From contig JBEKWR010000002.1 in assembly GCA_049512935.1 (NCBI GenBank), positions 96,001-160,000 of the forward strand: 64,000 nucleotides of DNA, written 5' to 3'. Made by a program: the position numbers and the translations under genes. Of the stretch, positions 37,952 through 47,625 are shown one piece after another. Source of the DNA: Candidatus Bathyarchaeia archaeon (GTDB taxonomy: Archaea > Thermoproteota > Bathyarchaeia > Bathyarchaeales > Bathycorpusculaceae). Position 1 is the stretch's first letter, and every line of letters starts with the position of its first letter. The notes under the pieces are model-generated. The model saw only the letters and a program-made list of their open reading frames with translations. It did not search any database and was not told where the DNA came from.

Positions 37952-38845
37952 ATGGTTACAACTTCGAGCGCCTCTCAGCCGCGGGATGAAGAAAAAATCG
38001 TCAAAGTTGGACTGATTCAAACTGCTGCTTCAGACGACATAGCTGATAACATGAGAATGACCGTTGAAAAAATTGAGGAAGCAGCAGGGAAGGGCGCTCA
38101 AATCGTCTGTCTGCAAGAGCTTTACAGAACAAAGTATTTTCCCCAAGCAGAAAAACAGGACTTCAGCAGCCTAGCGGAAACAGTTCCTGGCGAATCCACG
38201 AGGACTTTCTCCGCGTTGGCTAAGAAGAACAAGATAGTTATAATTGCGCCTATTTTTGAGAAGGCTTCAAACGGGAAATACTACAATTCAGCCGTCGTAA
38301 TCGATGCAGACGGGAAAACCTTGGGTGTCTACCGCAAGGTGCATGTGCCTCATGACCCCCTGTTTTACGAAAAAAACTATTTTGAAGCGGGCGACACAGG
38401 CTACTGCGTCGTCAAAACCCGTTATGCCCGCGTTGGAGTGCTTATCTGTTATGACCAATGGTTTCCTGAACCCGCAAGAATCAACGCCCTGATGGGTGCA
38501 GAAATCATCTTTTACCCCACAGCGATCGGCTACGTCAAAGGCGAAAGCCTATCAGACGGCGACTGGAAAGACGCTTGGAAAACGGTGCAACGCGCCCACG
38601 CCATAGCGAACGGCGTCCATGTTGCCGCCGTGAATCGGGTGGGTGAGGAGGGGCAACTTCAGTTTTGGGGTGGCTCATTCGTGTGTGACTCCTTCGGCGT
38701 GATGCTTAAAGAGGCAAGCTGCACGAAAGAGGAAACGTTGGTTGTTGATGTGGATCTTGCAAAGAACAAGAGGATCCAGGAAGGCTGGGGATTCCTTCGA
38801 AATCGGCGACCTGACAATTACAGGGCGCTTGTGGAGGGCACCTGA
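37952..38845 (+). CDS. aguB: N-carbamoylputrescine amidase (nitrilase family)
   Basis: CLQEL, YRKVHVP, ICYDQWFPE triad, RNRRPDNY; next to agmatine deiminase. Confidence 0.85.
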   Translation: MVTTSSASQPRDEEKIVKVGLIQTAASDDIADNMRMTVEKIEEAAGKGAQIVCLQELYRTKYFPQAEKQDFSSLAETVPGESTRTFSALAKKNKIVIIAPIFEKASNGKYYNSAVVIDADGKTLGVYRKVHVPHDPLFYEKNYFEAGDTGYCVVKTRYARVGVLICYDQWFPEPARINALMGAEIIFYPTAIGYVKGESLSDGDWKDAWKTVQRAHAIANGVHVAAVNRVGEEGQLQFWGGSFVCDSFGVMLKEASCTKEETLVVDVDLAKNKRIQEGWGFLRNRRPDNYRALVEGT

Positions 38846-38849
38846 GTCG

Positions 38850-39923
38850 ATGGCGACTGGCGAGTCGGTTGTGAGCAGGACGCCGCGGGAACTTGGCTAC
38901 TGCATGCCTGCAGAGTGGTCTAAGCATGAGGCGATATGGCTGGCGTGGCCGCACGACCCAACCACTTTCCTTTCAGGGGTTGAGAAAGTGGAGGAGACTT
39001 ACGTTCAAATTGTGAAGCTAATCCACCGCGACGAATACGTCAACCTCTTCGTCAAAGACCAAGCCATGAAGCAGAAGGCAACAGGGCTGTTTGAGAAGAG
39101 CGGCGTGGATTTGAAGAAAATACGTTTCTTCATGTTTGACTACGCCGACGTATGGTTCAGAGACTACGGCCCGATCTTTGTCCTAGGCAAAGATTGCGAG
39201 TTAGCGATGGTTCACTGGATTTTCAACTCGTGGGGAGAAAAATACGAAGAACTCCTCAAAGACAAGCAGATTCCTCAGATAATAAACGACGAAATGCACT
39301 TGAAATGTTTTGAGCCAGGCATCGTTCTTGAAGGAGGCTCCATAGACGTTAACGGGAAAGGAACCCTCCTCACCACGGAGCAGTGCCTCTTAAACAAGAA
39401 CAGGAATTCTTACCTGAAGAAAGAGGAAATCGAGAAGTTCCTGAAAGACTATTTGGGTGTCACCTGCATCGTCTGGTTGAAGAACGGCATCGCTGGAGAC
39501 GACACCGACGGGCACGTTGACGACCTCGCGCGGTTCGTTAACCCGACAACAGTCGTGTGCGCTTATGATGATGGAGACGAGGAGAACAGTGAGGCGTTGA
39601 GAAAGAATTACGAGCTGCTTTGCCAATCAACCGACCAAGACGGGAGGAAACTTGGGGTTGTCAAGCTGCCCATGCCTGGAAACGTAGCCTACGACGGAAA
39701 AAGGCTGCCTGCAAGCTACACGAACTTTTACATCGGCAACCGCACAGTTCTTGTTCCAACCTTTGAAAGCAAGAACGACAAAGTCGCAATATCCATTCTT
39801 AAGCGACTTTTCCCGAGACGGAAGGTCGTCGGAGTAAACTGTGTTGACTTGATATGCGGGTTCGGCGCGATCCACTGCATCACGCAACAACAGCCTTCAA
39901 GCGATCAAGATTGCTCCGATTAA
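38850..39923 (+). CDS. aguA: Agmatine deiminase
   Basis: MPAEW, WFRDYGP, LEGGSI, DTDGHVD, GAIHCITQQ. Confidence 0.92.
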   Translation: MATGESVVSRTPRELGYCMPAEWSKHEAIWLAWPHDPTTFLSGVEKVEETYVQIVKLIHRDEYVNLFVKDQAMKQKATGLFEKSGVDLKKIRFFMFDYADVWFRDYGPIFVLGKDCELAMVHWIFNSWGEKYEELLKDKQIPQIINDEMHLKCFEPGIVLEGGSIDVNGKGTLLTTEQCLLNKNRNSYLKKEEIEKFLKDYLGVTCIVWLKNGIAGDDTDGHVDDLARFVNPTTVVCAYDDGDEENSEALRKNYELLCQSTDQDGRKLGVVKLPMPGNVAYDGKRLPASYTNFYIGNRTVLVPTFESKNDKVAISILKRLFPRRKVVGVNCVDLICGFGAIHCITQQQPSSDQDCSD

Positions 39924-40113
39924 GTTGAAAGCGTTGACCTGAATTGCAAGAGGCGGCCCTGTCGGGGTGGCAGAACTCAATAAAGCAGTGATGGCTAAGA
40001 AAAGCGCTCTTGCGAACCGCCTTTAAGGTTTAAATGAAAAATCAATGTGGGCTAGCTTAAAGCAAGCGGTGCACGAAAAGTTTGGTTCTAATTTCAACGC
40101 GAATGGAGGCAAG

Positions 40114-41109
40114 TCAGGTGGCTGCGGTGTCTCGGGCAAACGTCGATGTGTACGTTCTGGGGAGCGGCCATTTCTCCGTTAGTGGCCCAGGTACTGTTTC
40201 TAGTCTCTTCACACCTGGAATTCTTGTTATGCGATCGCCCGTTTCAAGCATGTCTTGAACGTTTTTGACCATAAGCATCGCGCATATGTTAAAGTCTCCA
40301 TTGCATTTCATGAGGTAGAAAACGTCTGGGGTTGGAAATATCTCGCGAATTATAGTGTCTACCTCGTATTGGGGCAGGATTCTTAGGTAAAAATTAGCTA
40401 AAGCTGAATATCCTATCTTAAACGGGTTAACTTGAATTCTGGACATTATGACGCTTTCTTCATTCAGTTTTTGGCATCTTCTTGCCACCGTATCAATTGA
40501 AACGCCTAATTGTTCCGCCATAGTTCTGAAGGAGAGTCTGCTGTCCTTTGCCAAAGCGCTTATGAGGTGTAAGTCGATCTCATCGGCGTCAAATACACGA
40601 TTGTCAACCGATTTTTTGTTTGCGTCCACTGGTTGAATAGGAAGAAGAGTCAAGTTTTCTGGAATAAACCACACGTCAGTCCAAATTGAGGAGCTTATTT
40701 CTTCTATGCATAACTTCCTTCTTAAATCGTCTTTTATTTTACCTAACTCGCTTATGGTTTTAAGAGCAACCACTGCCCTCAAGCTGTAGCGGGAGGCGCT
40801 TAAGAAAGGCCCGAAAACTTCGGGTACGTTGGCTTCGATGTATTTGCTATCTTGTTCTAGTTGGGACGGCTCAACATCCAGCAGAAGCGTCCCAACGGCG
40901 TCATATCCTAATCTCTTGAAATTTATCTGAACTGTGGCACCGGTGATCACGCCTTCATACTTCATTTTCCTGTAGCGGCTCCAAACTGCATTTTTGGAGA
41001 TGCCTAATTCTTTTCCGATTTCCGCAAAATTTCTCCGGGCATTCTCGAACAAAAGACCAATTATCTTTGTGTCAATTTCGTCTCTGGCCCAAGATTGTGT
41101 TTCCGCCAT
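40114..41109 (-). CDS. Tandem double Lrp/AsnC regulator
   Basis: Two DEID..II..L...R...IA..LG.S HTH units each followed by a RAM domain. Confidence 0.88.
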   Translation of the reverse strand: MAETQSWARDEIDTKIIGLLFENARRNFAEIGKELGISKNAVWSRYRKMKYEGVITGATVQINFKRLGYDAVGTLLLDVEPSQLEQDSKYIEANVPEVFGPFLSASRYSLRAVVALKTISELGKIKDDLRRKLCIEEISSSIWTDVWFIPENLTLLPIQPVDANKKSVDNRVFDADEIDLHLISALAKDSRLSFRTMAEQLGVSIDTVARRCQKLNEESVIMSRIQVNPFKIGYSALANFYLRILPQYEVDTIIREIFPTPDVFYLMKCNGDFNICAMLMVKNVQDMLETGDRITRIPGVKRLETVPGPLTEKWPLPRTYTSTFARDTAAT

Positions 41110-41358
41110 TACACCCCTCTTAGAATAAAATATTGGAACCTTCGATTTGCTTTTAAGTTTTGCTCAAAATTCTATGCAGAATCAGAAATGCGGTATTGTC
41201 ACAAATCAACCGACTTTAGCATTAATTTTTTACGATATTATTGGGCACATACATAAGTTATTTAAGGCAAGACAAAATAAAAAAAAGGAGCGGACAAAAA
41301 GAAGCGTTAAGCTTCTTCAACCCTAAGAATGAAATCAGGAGTTAGTCCTTTAAAATCC

Positions 41359-41477
41359 GGTGAGAAAACGTGGGGGGCTGAGAAGGCTTTGGCGATTGAG
41401 TGCCAAATGTTCACTCATCGAAGGCGTATGCTATTCTCCTTAAGCTTTCAGAGCCTCAGCAAACCCTTACTTCCACC
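41359..41477 (+). ncRNA. Candidate structured RNA with BHB-like motif
   Basis: Nested stems GTGGGGG/CCCTTAC, CTGA/TCAG, GGCTTTG/CAGAGCC, CGA.TGAGTG/CACTCATCG; G-U pairs work on + strand; TTATTTAA box at 41258. Confidence 0.4.
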
Positions 41478-41766
41478 AAAAGACGAACGCCATGATCTGT
41501 TTTCAGAAGCCTCGATGAAGCTGCTTCAATGGGAAATAATGACCTGAAAAGTCTGAATCAAGATTTAAGGTACGTCGCCCGAAACAATCTGGTTGTCCGA
41601 GTCAAACGCAAGTGACAGCCCACGAATTGCGGACTACGTTTTGTCAGAATTCAAAAATCGCCCCGTAGATTTCGACTCTTAATTAATGGAAATCAAGTGT
41701 TTAGCGGTAGACAATAGTAAAAAAAATGGAAATGGGGCTTGCTAATTTTGATATGCTTTGGGTAGT

Positions 41767-42777
41767 CTAAAGCTTTGAGAGCTTTGTTTGTGGCTTGCGT
41801 TTGTAGTAGATTATGAATCCTGCTGCACATGCTGCTAAGGCGGCGATCGCTCCATAGGCTGATTCTGGAAGCACATATATTGATCCTGCGACGCTGACAC
41901 TGTATGACTTGGCTAAGTCTAGAGTTGGACTTGTTCCGATTATGTCTTGGGTACCTGACTGGCCTGATTGGCCAGTGAGGTCTAAGAACTCTGGCCACAC
42001 GGTTTGGGTGCTGGCTGTGACGGTGATTATTGAGTGGCTCGGTGCATTCGAAGGGACTGTAACGCTGAATGCAGTTTGTCCATTAACGTCTGTATAGGCT
42101 TTCGTCGGGCTAACATATGTTGAGTCTAATGGCGTAGACGAGCCTTGAAGCGTCGCGCTAAAATCGATTTGGACGTTTTGCCGTGCTGGAGTGAGTTGCA
42201 CTTGGAAAGTTACTTTTTCACCTGGAGTTGCCGGTATAGGGGATGCTGGGCTTGTGCTGGGCGATAATGTCAATGTGCTGCTTTCCGGGTACGCTACATT
42301 CATGCCAGCGACTTCGGTTGCCAATGAGGTTCCTGCAGAAATAATTGAGGGACCCAAGTCAAAATCAGAATATTCCGGATCGGCTAGTGTGCCTGCGGTG
42401 GGGTATTGTCCGTAGAGTTCCCAGATTGCAACTTGATCAACTTCTGCGCTAGTGCCGTCTGTCGGAGCATACCAACTCAGAATGTAGCTGATTGCGTCAA
42501 ATGCCGAATTGGCTGGCGCTGCGGATTCGTCTGCTGTGTAGGTTCCGCCAATGTCGATTGTGCCGCCAGGCGTTAAACAGTATGCTTCTCCTGAGTATTG
42601 TGTGCCATGGCTATTTGTTATTGTGATTGGAAATGCTCCAATATAATAGCTACCTACTTGGACGGCCAAATTTGGAGATCCTATGTATACGGAAACTGTT
42701 TGGGCATAAACGGTTGCACTTATCGCTGCAAGCATTAGGACTATTACTAATATTGCCAATATTGCACTTTTCTTCAC
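41767..42777 (-). CDS. Cys-Gln thioester-domain surface protein with PEF-CTERM-like anchor
   Basis: Signal peptide; EAYCLTP, DQVAIWEL, GTQDII motifs; VLPES-TM-KRK tail. Confidence 0.72.
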   Translation of the reverse strand: MKKSAILAILVIVLMLAAISATVYAQTVSVYIGSPNLAVQVGSYYIGAFPITITNSHGTQYSGEAYCLTPGGTIDIGGTYTADESAAPANSAFDAISYILSWYAPTDGTSAEVDQVAIWELYGQYPTAGTLADPEYSDFDLGPSIISAGTSLATEVAGMNVAYPESSTLTLSPSTSPASPIPATPGEKVTFQVQLTPARQNVQIDFSATLQGSSTPLDSTYVSPTKAYTDVNGQTAFSVTVPSNAPSHSIITVTASTQTVWPEFLDLTGQSGQSGTQDIIGTSPTLDLAKSYSVSVAGSIYVLPESAYGAIAALAACAAGFIIYYKRKPQTKLSKL

Positions 42778-42986
42778 AGTATAATTCTCCCTCTCTTATG
42801 TTTTCTAAATGAGTTGTATACTTTTGTCTGCTCACCTGATTTAAACCAGTATATAAAAGAATGCCTTGCTTTCTAGAAAACTATGTTGCGGTTGCCATAA
42901 GCTAAGATGCTCCCGCATGCGATTTCCAAATGTTGTAGGGGCACTGATTGAGAAAGCGTCCAAGAAAGTTCAGCTATGCGGGGAAG

Positions 42987-43061
42987 CGGGTCCGGTGGGA
43001 TTTGAACCCACGACTTTCAGCTTAGAAGGCTGACGCGCTATCCGTACTGCGCCACGGACCC
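42987..43061 (-). tRNA. tRNA-Arg(UCU)
   Basis: GGGTCCG/CGGACCC acceptor, TCAGC-CTTCTAA-GCTGA, GTGGG-TTCAAAT-CCCAC. Confidence 0.95.
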
Positions 43062-43200
43062 ACTTTGCAACAATGAAACCCCTGTTCCCATTTTAAGCTT
43101 TTTCTTCAAGACCGAAAAGAAAATCTGAGCCTTGAAAGATTTCGATGCGGCTTGAAGGGGGAGCGAGCTTTTAATATTTAGACCCTGTTTAGCCTTTCTT

Positions 43201-44148
43201 ATGCGAATAAAAAAGACTGTTATCGGAAGCTTTCCCAGATCAAGCAGACCCTTAGCTGTGGCTCTTAAAGAAGTAGTTGACTTGCAGCTGCATTATGGCG
43301 TTGATTTGATTACCGACGGCGAGCAGCGAAGCAACATGATTCAGTACTTTAACCAGATTCCGGGAACCGAAGTAGCGGGCAGCAGCTTGAGAATCGCTGG
43401 AAAAATCAAGCCCTTAAAAGCCGAGTTGTTAGACGAGTTTTACAAAATCAAGGATTACCGAACTATTCAATCAATCCTCAAAAGCAGGGGGAAAGAGAAC
43501 ACAAAAACGAAAATCACAATTACGGGTCCCATAACCCTTGGCACCATCGTTGCCTCAACAGACATCAACAGCACAGCGGAGCATTACAACTTGGACGATG
43601 AGGAAACGCTGTTCTCCGACTTCTCCGACGCGCTCCTGCCCATAGTTGAAAAAGCGTTGAGCCTGGGGGCTTACGTGCAGATCGACGAGCCCCAACTTTC
43701 CACCGGGCAGGTAACCCTTAAGACCGCCAAGAAAATTCTCAAAAATTTTACGTCACGTCTCCCAGCAAACGCCATTAAAGAGGAAAAAGTCAGCTGCCAC
43801 GTATGCGGGTCAATAAAAAGCGTGGCTGGACTCTACGATGTGCTGCTGGGTTTGGATATTCCAATTTTAAGCTTTGGCTTCAGCGGAGACACTGAAAGGG
43901 AGAATTTCGACGTTGTTTCCAAGGCTTCGTTGCAGTCGCACGGCAAGAAGCTTGGGGCAGGCTTCATCTCAAACGTAACTGTCGAGGAAGACCGCGCCGT
44001 TTTGGAGAGGCTTAACAGGATCGTGGGGCTTGTGGGAGTAGAAAACATCAGGTACCTTCACCCTGACTGCGGCTTCGGCTTGACGCGGCTTGAAAAAGTC
44101 AAGTTGATCCTGAAGAAAATGCAGAAGATAGGCGACGCCGTCAACTGA
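43201..44148 (+). CDS. Single-barrel (core) cobalamin-independent methionine synthase-like
   Basis: VIGSFPR, TDGEQR, ITGPITL, QIDEP, HVC, HPDCGFG. Confidence 0.82.
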   Translation: MRIKKTVIGSFPRSSRPLAVALKEVVDLQLHYGVDLITDGEQRSNMIQYFNQIPGTEVAGSSLRIAGKIKPLKAELLDEFYKIKDYRTIQSILKSRGKENTKTKITITGPITLGTIVASTDINSTAEHYNLDDEETLFSDFSDALLPIVEKALSLGAYVQIDEPQLSTGQVTLKTAKKILKNFTSRLPANAIKEEKVSCHVCGSIKSVAGLYDVLLGLDIPILSFGFSGDTERENFDVVSKASLQSHGKKLGAGFISNVTVEEDRAVLERLNRIVGLVGVENIRYLHPDCGFGLTRLEKVKLILKKMQKIGDAVN

Positions 44149-44469
44149 AAGCCGATGACCTCGCCCTCAGCGCCAAATATCAGGGGGAAGCGTACAAGAG
44201 ACAAGTTTTTGCTTCGGTTAGGAGTTTTTTGGCTAAAAAAGTTAAACGGGGGAAAACAGGTATCAATGGGTTTATACCTGAAAAATTAGCCGAATTCATG
44301 TTTTCTGCACGGAAAAGCAAAACTTTCAGCGCCTGATTTGAGCCCTAAACCAAAAAAGCAACCAAAAACAAGCCCCTGAACAAAACCGCCTACCGAGGGA
44401 GGGGGTCTACTATTTACATCAAAATTCCATTGTAAAAATGGAGCCTCAGCGCCTCGCACCCGCCTGGGC

Positions 44470-45471
44470 TCAAGCCTTTTCGTAGCCCACCCGAAGCTTT
44501 TCCACCTCAGCCTTATCGGGAACAGCCACGGTTAAAGATTTGCCCAGCGCTTCTCTGCCATAGCACACTTTGACTTCGCCTGTTTCCGCGTCAGAGTAGA
44601 AAGCAGTTAACTTTGCGGCTAACTCGACGGCGGCCTTGGTTTTCGATCCCTGCAGAAGGGTTACTGGACCCACAATGTCAGGCGACTCAAAATAGTAGTC
44701 GCTGGGCGATTTTTGTTCGGTTAAGAACTTGTTTTCTGCCTCGTTTCTTCCCACGATTATCTTGTTTGCGCCCACTCTGAAGTGCCTGCCAACCCTGAGC
44801 AGGGCGATGTCAACCATTGAGACGCGTTTCTTGTGGATGAACAGGTCTCTTAGCTTCTTCGCGTACTCCTCGCACGTCAAGAGGCAGCCCCCTGCTGGCG
44901 ACGGGTAACACGTGATCCCAAACTCCTTCGCAACCTGGAACTGAGGCTTCCGCGACCTGCCCGAAATGCTCAGAAGCCGTGCCCTGTCAACCAAACCCGC
45001 CTTTTCAGCAGCCGTTTCAGGCAGCAACTTTGCGGACAGCGGCCTCAAAAGTTTACCCTTCAACCCAGACTCCACCTCGATGATGCGCAACGCAGGAGCA
45101 TGCTGCGACTTAGGCCTTTCGCCCAAAACCTCACCTGTGAAAATGAAGTCAGCTCCGATTTCCCGTGCGTACTTTTTGGCTTTCTTAATCATGAATATTT
45201 TGCAGTCAATGCAGGGGTTCATGTTTTTGCCGTAGCCGAACTTTGGGTTGCGAAGCATCTGCAAGTAATCCCCTTCGACGCACAACACCTTAAGAGGAAC
45301 CTTCAACTGCCCCGCGGCTTTAACCGCCTCGCTTACTCCGTCTTTGGTCGCAGTGCCGAAAGGAGTCTTAACGTTGAAAGCAACCACTTCGATACCTTGC
45401 CGCCGAATAAGCTCCATGGCAAGGATGCTGTCTAACCCGCCTGAAAGCAAACCTAAAGCCTTAACACGCAC
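44470..45471 (-). CDS. ThiI/MnmA-like tRNA thiouridylase (DUF814-type C-terminus)
   Basis: LSGGLDS, NPCIDCK, TGEVLGERPKSQ, PAGGCLLT, GRHFR. Confidence 0.85.
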   Translation of the reverse strand: MRVKALGLLSGGLDSILAMELIRRQGIEVVAFNVKTPFGTATKDGVSEAVKAAGQLKVPLKVLCVEGDYLQMLRNPKFGYGKNMNPCIDCKIFMIKKAKKYAREIGADFIFTGEVLGERPKSQHAPALRIIEVESGLKGKLLRPLSAKLLPETAAEKAGLVDRARLLSISGRSRKPQFQVAKEFGITCYPSPAGGCLLTCEEYAKKLRDLFIHKKRVSMVDIALLRVGRHFRVGANKIIVGRNEAENKFLTEQKSPSDYYFESPDIVGPVTLLQGSKTKAAVELAAKLTAFYSDAETGEVKVCYGREALGKSLTVAVPDKAEVEKLRVGYEKA

Positions 45472-45743
45472 AATACATCGCCAATAGCATTCTTCGGCAC
45501 AGATAATAATTTAGCGATGCCAAAGCCAAGAAAACGCCAGAAAAAAGCAAACAAACACGAAAAACATGGTTTCAAGCGCTCCTCAAACAAACGGCTTACA
45601 GTTCACTATGTTAATGGCTTTTAGCGTCTGCATGTATGCTTTGTTAAGGGAACTTCGCTTGCTCGCGCCTAACTTCAGAAAATTTTAAAAACCTATATGA
45701 GGATAAACCAATTGAACCCACGCTTGCCTGTTAGTGATCTGCT

Positions 45744-46853
45744 GTGGATATCAGCGTGTTTATTCCAGTTTACAAAGAATCGAATCAGTTAGCGGGCATG
45801 CTAAACGAGCTGAGTTCGCAGAACGTAACTAAAGAAATCTTCGTAACCGTGGACGAGCCCACTGAAGAGTTTTCTGGAGAGATAAAACAGCTAAAGAAAG
45901 AAAACGTCAAAATCATTGTTAACGCGGAACGAAAGGGAAAAGCAAACGTGTTAAACGACGCCGTCAAATTGTCTTCGGGACAAGTGCTTCTTTTCTTAGA
46001 CTCCGACGTCCAAATCACCTCCGACCCCGACTTCCTGAGAAAAATCATCATGGAAATGCAAATGACAGATGTGCTTGACATCAAAAAGAGGGTTAAAAAA
46101 GAGAAATCATTCCTTTCAAAAATGGCTTATTACGAGTACTTCACTTACAACGTTAGCGCCTGGCTGTCTTCAACTTACATGAAGCAATGCCCCGCCATAA
46201 ACGGCGCCGCCTTCGCCATCAAACGGGAAACCTTCGAGAAAGTCGGCGGCTTCCACAAGGTCGTCGCTGAAGACATCGATCTCGCCACAAGAACTTTCCT
46301 GCAAGACAGCCGCTGCGCCTACACAGCCGACGTTGAAGTGAAAAACGTAGTTTACAGTGAATGGAGCAAATGGTTCAAGCAGCGACAAAGATGGGCAATA
46401 GGCCAAGCGCTGTGGACAGTTGCGTGGTACCGTGAGCTTGCGAAAAAATTCGCCAAGAAACCGCAGGTTTTTCTGCCCGGACTCTTTTTCCTCTACCCTT
46501 CCATCGCAATTTTCGTTGCAAGCGCGATGGTGCCGAGTTATTGGATGTACAGTTCACTGTTATTTTTTTCATTCTTCCTGTCGGTAAAATTCAACATTAT
46601 GCTCCCCGTTTTTCTTGTTTCCCTTTCCACTGCAAACTTGCTAAAAATCGGGGTCATTTCGCTCGCAGGGTTCACGTTAACCGGGCTCACTTTTTACGGT
46701 TTATCAAGAAAACTCGGATTCAAAGAAATGAAACTGCACGAATTCTTCGTCTACTACTTCTTCTACTCAACCGTTTGGATCGTGCTGCAAGTTGTTGGCT
46801 TCGTCCAAGTGATTGCTTTACGCAAAAAAGCTGGACCAGGCTGGAAAACATAG
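45744..46853 (+). CDS. GT2 membrane glycosyltransferase
   Basis: IPVYKE, FLDSD, AED, QRQRW, C-terminal TMs. Confidence 0.88.
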   Translation: MDISVFIPVYKESNQLAGMLNELSSQNVTKEIFVTVDEPTEEFSGEIKQLKKENVKIIVNAERKGKANVLNDAVKLSSGQVLLFLDSDVQITSDPDFLRKIIMEMQMTDVLDIKKRVKKEKSFLSKMAYYEYFTYNVSAWLSSTYMKQCPAINGAAFAIKRETFEKVGGFHKVVAEDIDLATRTFLQDSRCAYTADVEVKNVVYSEWSKWFKQRQRWAIGQALWTVAWYRELAKKFAKKPQVFLPGLFFLYPSIAIFVASAMVPSYWMYSSLLFFSFFLSVKFNIMLPVFLVSLSTANLLKIGVISLAGFTLTGLTFYGLSRKLGFKEMKLHEFFVYYFFYSTVWIVLQVVGFVQVIALRKKAGPGWKT

Positions 46854-46869
46854 CAACTTAGTTGACTCC

Positions 46870-47619
46870 TCAGACAACGGTTTTTTTCAGGACGAAAAAT
46901 GAAGCTGAGAAGAAAATCAGTCCAAAACCTATAAGCGCTAAAAAAGACAACCATGGAAAAAGCTGTCCCAAAGCAGCCGCCCGTAAACATTCGCTTGAAT
47001 GTGTAAGCGGCAAGCAATAAAGCGCAATCTTTACTGCTTCAGGGACTTGTGTCAGAGAGAAGAAAGTGCCGCATAGAAAAGTCATCGGCAAGATGACCAA
47101 AGTGTTGAAGGTGCTCATGTGTACATGATTATTGAATAATGAAGCGACGAGGACACCGAACAAGGCAAACACAAAACAGGACAAAAACAGGGTTAACGCA
47201 AAAACGGGACTAACAATTAACGTCGGCAACAGGATAAGCCCAACGACCAGTATAGCGACGGAGCTAATTAAGCCCCGAACTACACCTATCAATGACTTGC
47301 CTATAACCAAGGAATACAGGCTCACCGGCGAAATCAAGAACTCATCAAAGCTCTTGTAAAAAAGCCGATCCACTTGAAGTTTTTGTGCAGAACCATTAAA
47401 ACTGGAAGAAAAAGCTGTTAGAGCAACGATTCCTGGAATTACGAACGCAAGATAGCTCACCCCGCCAAAACTAATCCCTCTGCCTAGTCCATAGCCAAAA
47501 GCTACCAGATACAAAAGAGGCTGAATGAGGCTGGTGGCAAGAGTTGAGCGCCAGTGGCGACTTAGGTTCCGTAAATCTACCCACAGAATGGAATAAATGT
47601 CTTTTAAAGAATCTAACAT
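46870..47619 (-). CDS. ABC-2 type permease
   Basis: SYLAFVIPG, PMTFLCGTFF, 6 TMs. Confidence 0.88.
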   Translation of the reverse strand: MLDSLKDIYSILWVDLRNLSRHWRSTLATSLIQPLLYLVAFGYGLGRGISFGGVSYLAFVIPGIVALTAFSSSFNGSAQKLQVDRLFYKSFDEFLISPVSLYSLVIGKSLIGVVRGLISSVAILVVGLILLPTLIVSPVFALTLFLSCFVFALFGVLVASLFNNHVHMSTFNTLVILPMTFLCGTFFSLTQVPEAVKIALYCLPLTHSSECLRAAALGQLFPWLSFLALIGFGLIFFSASFFVLKKTVV

Positions 47620-47625
47620 TCAGGG

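Noticed and set aside
41329-41547. 72-aa ORF as protein gene
   Set aside because: No recognisable motif or well-spaced SD; region is better explained by RNA structure
44150-44469. TCAGCGCC repeated three times in an intergenic gap
   Set aside because: Short, irregular, no terminal inverted repeats or coherent fold seen
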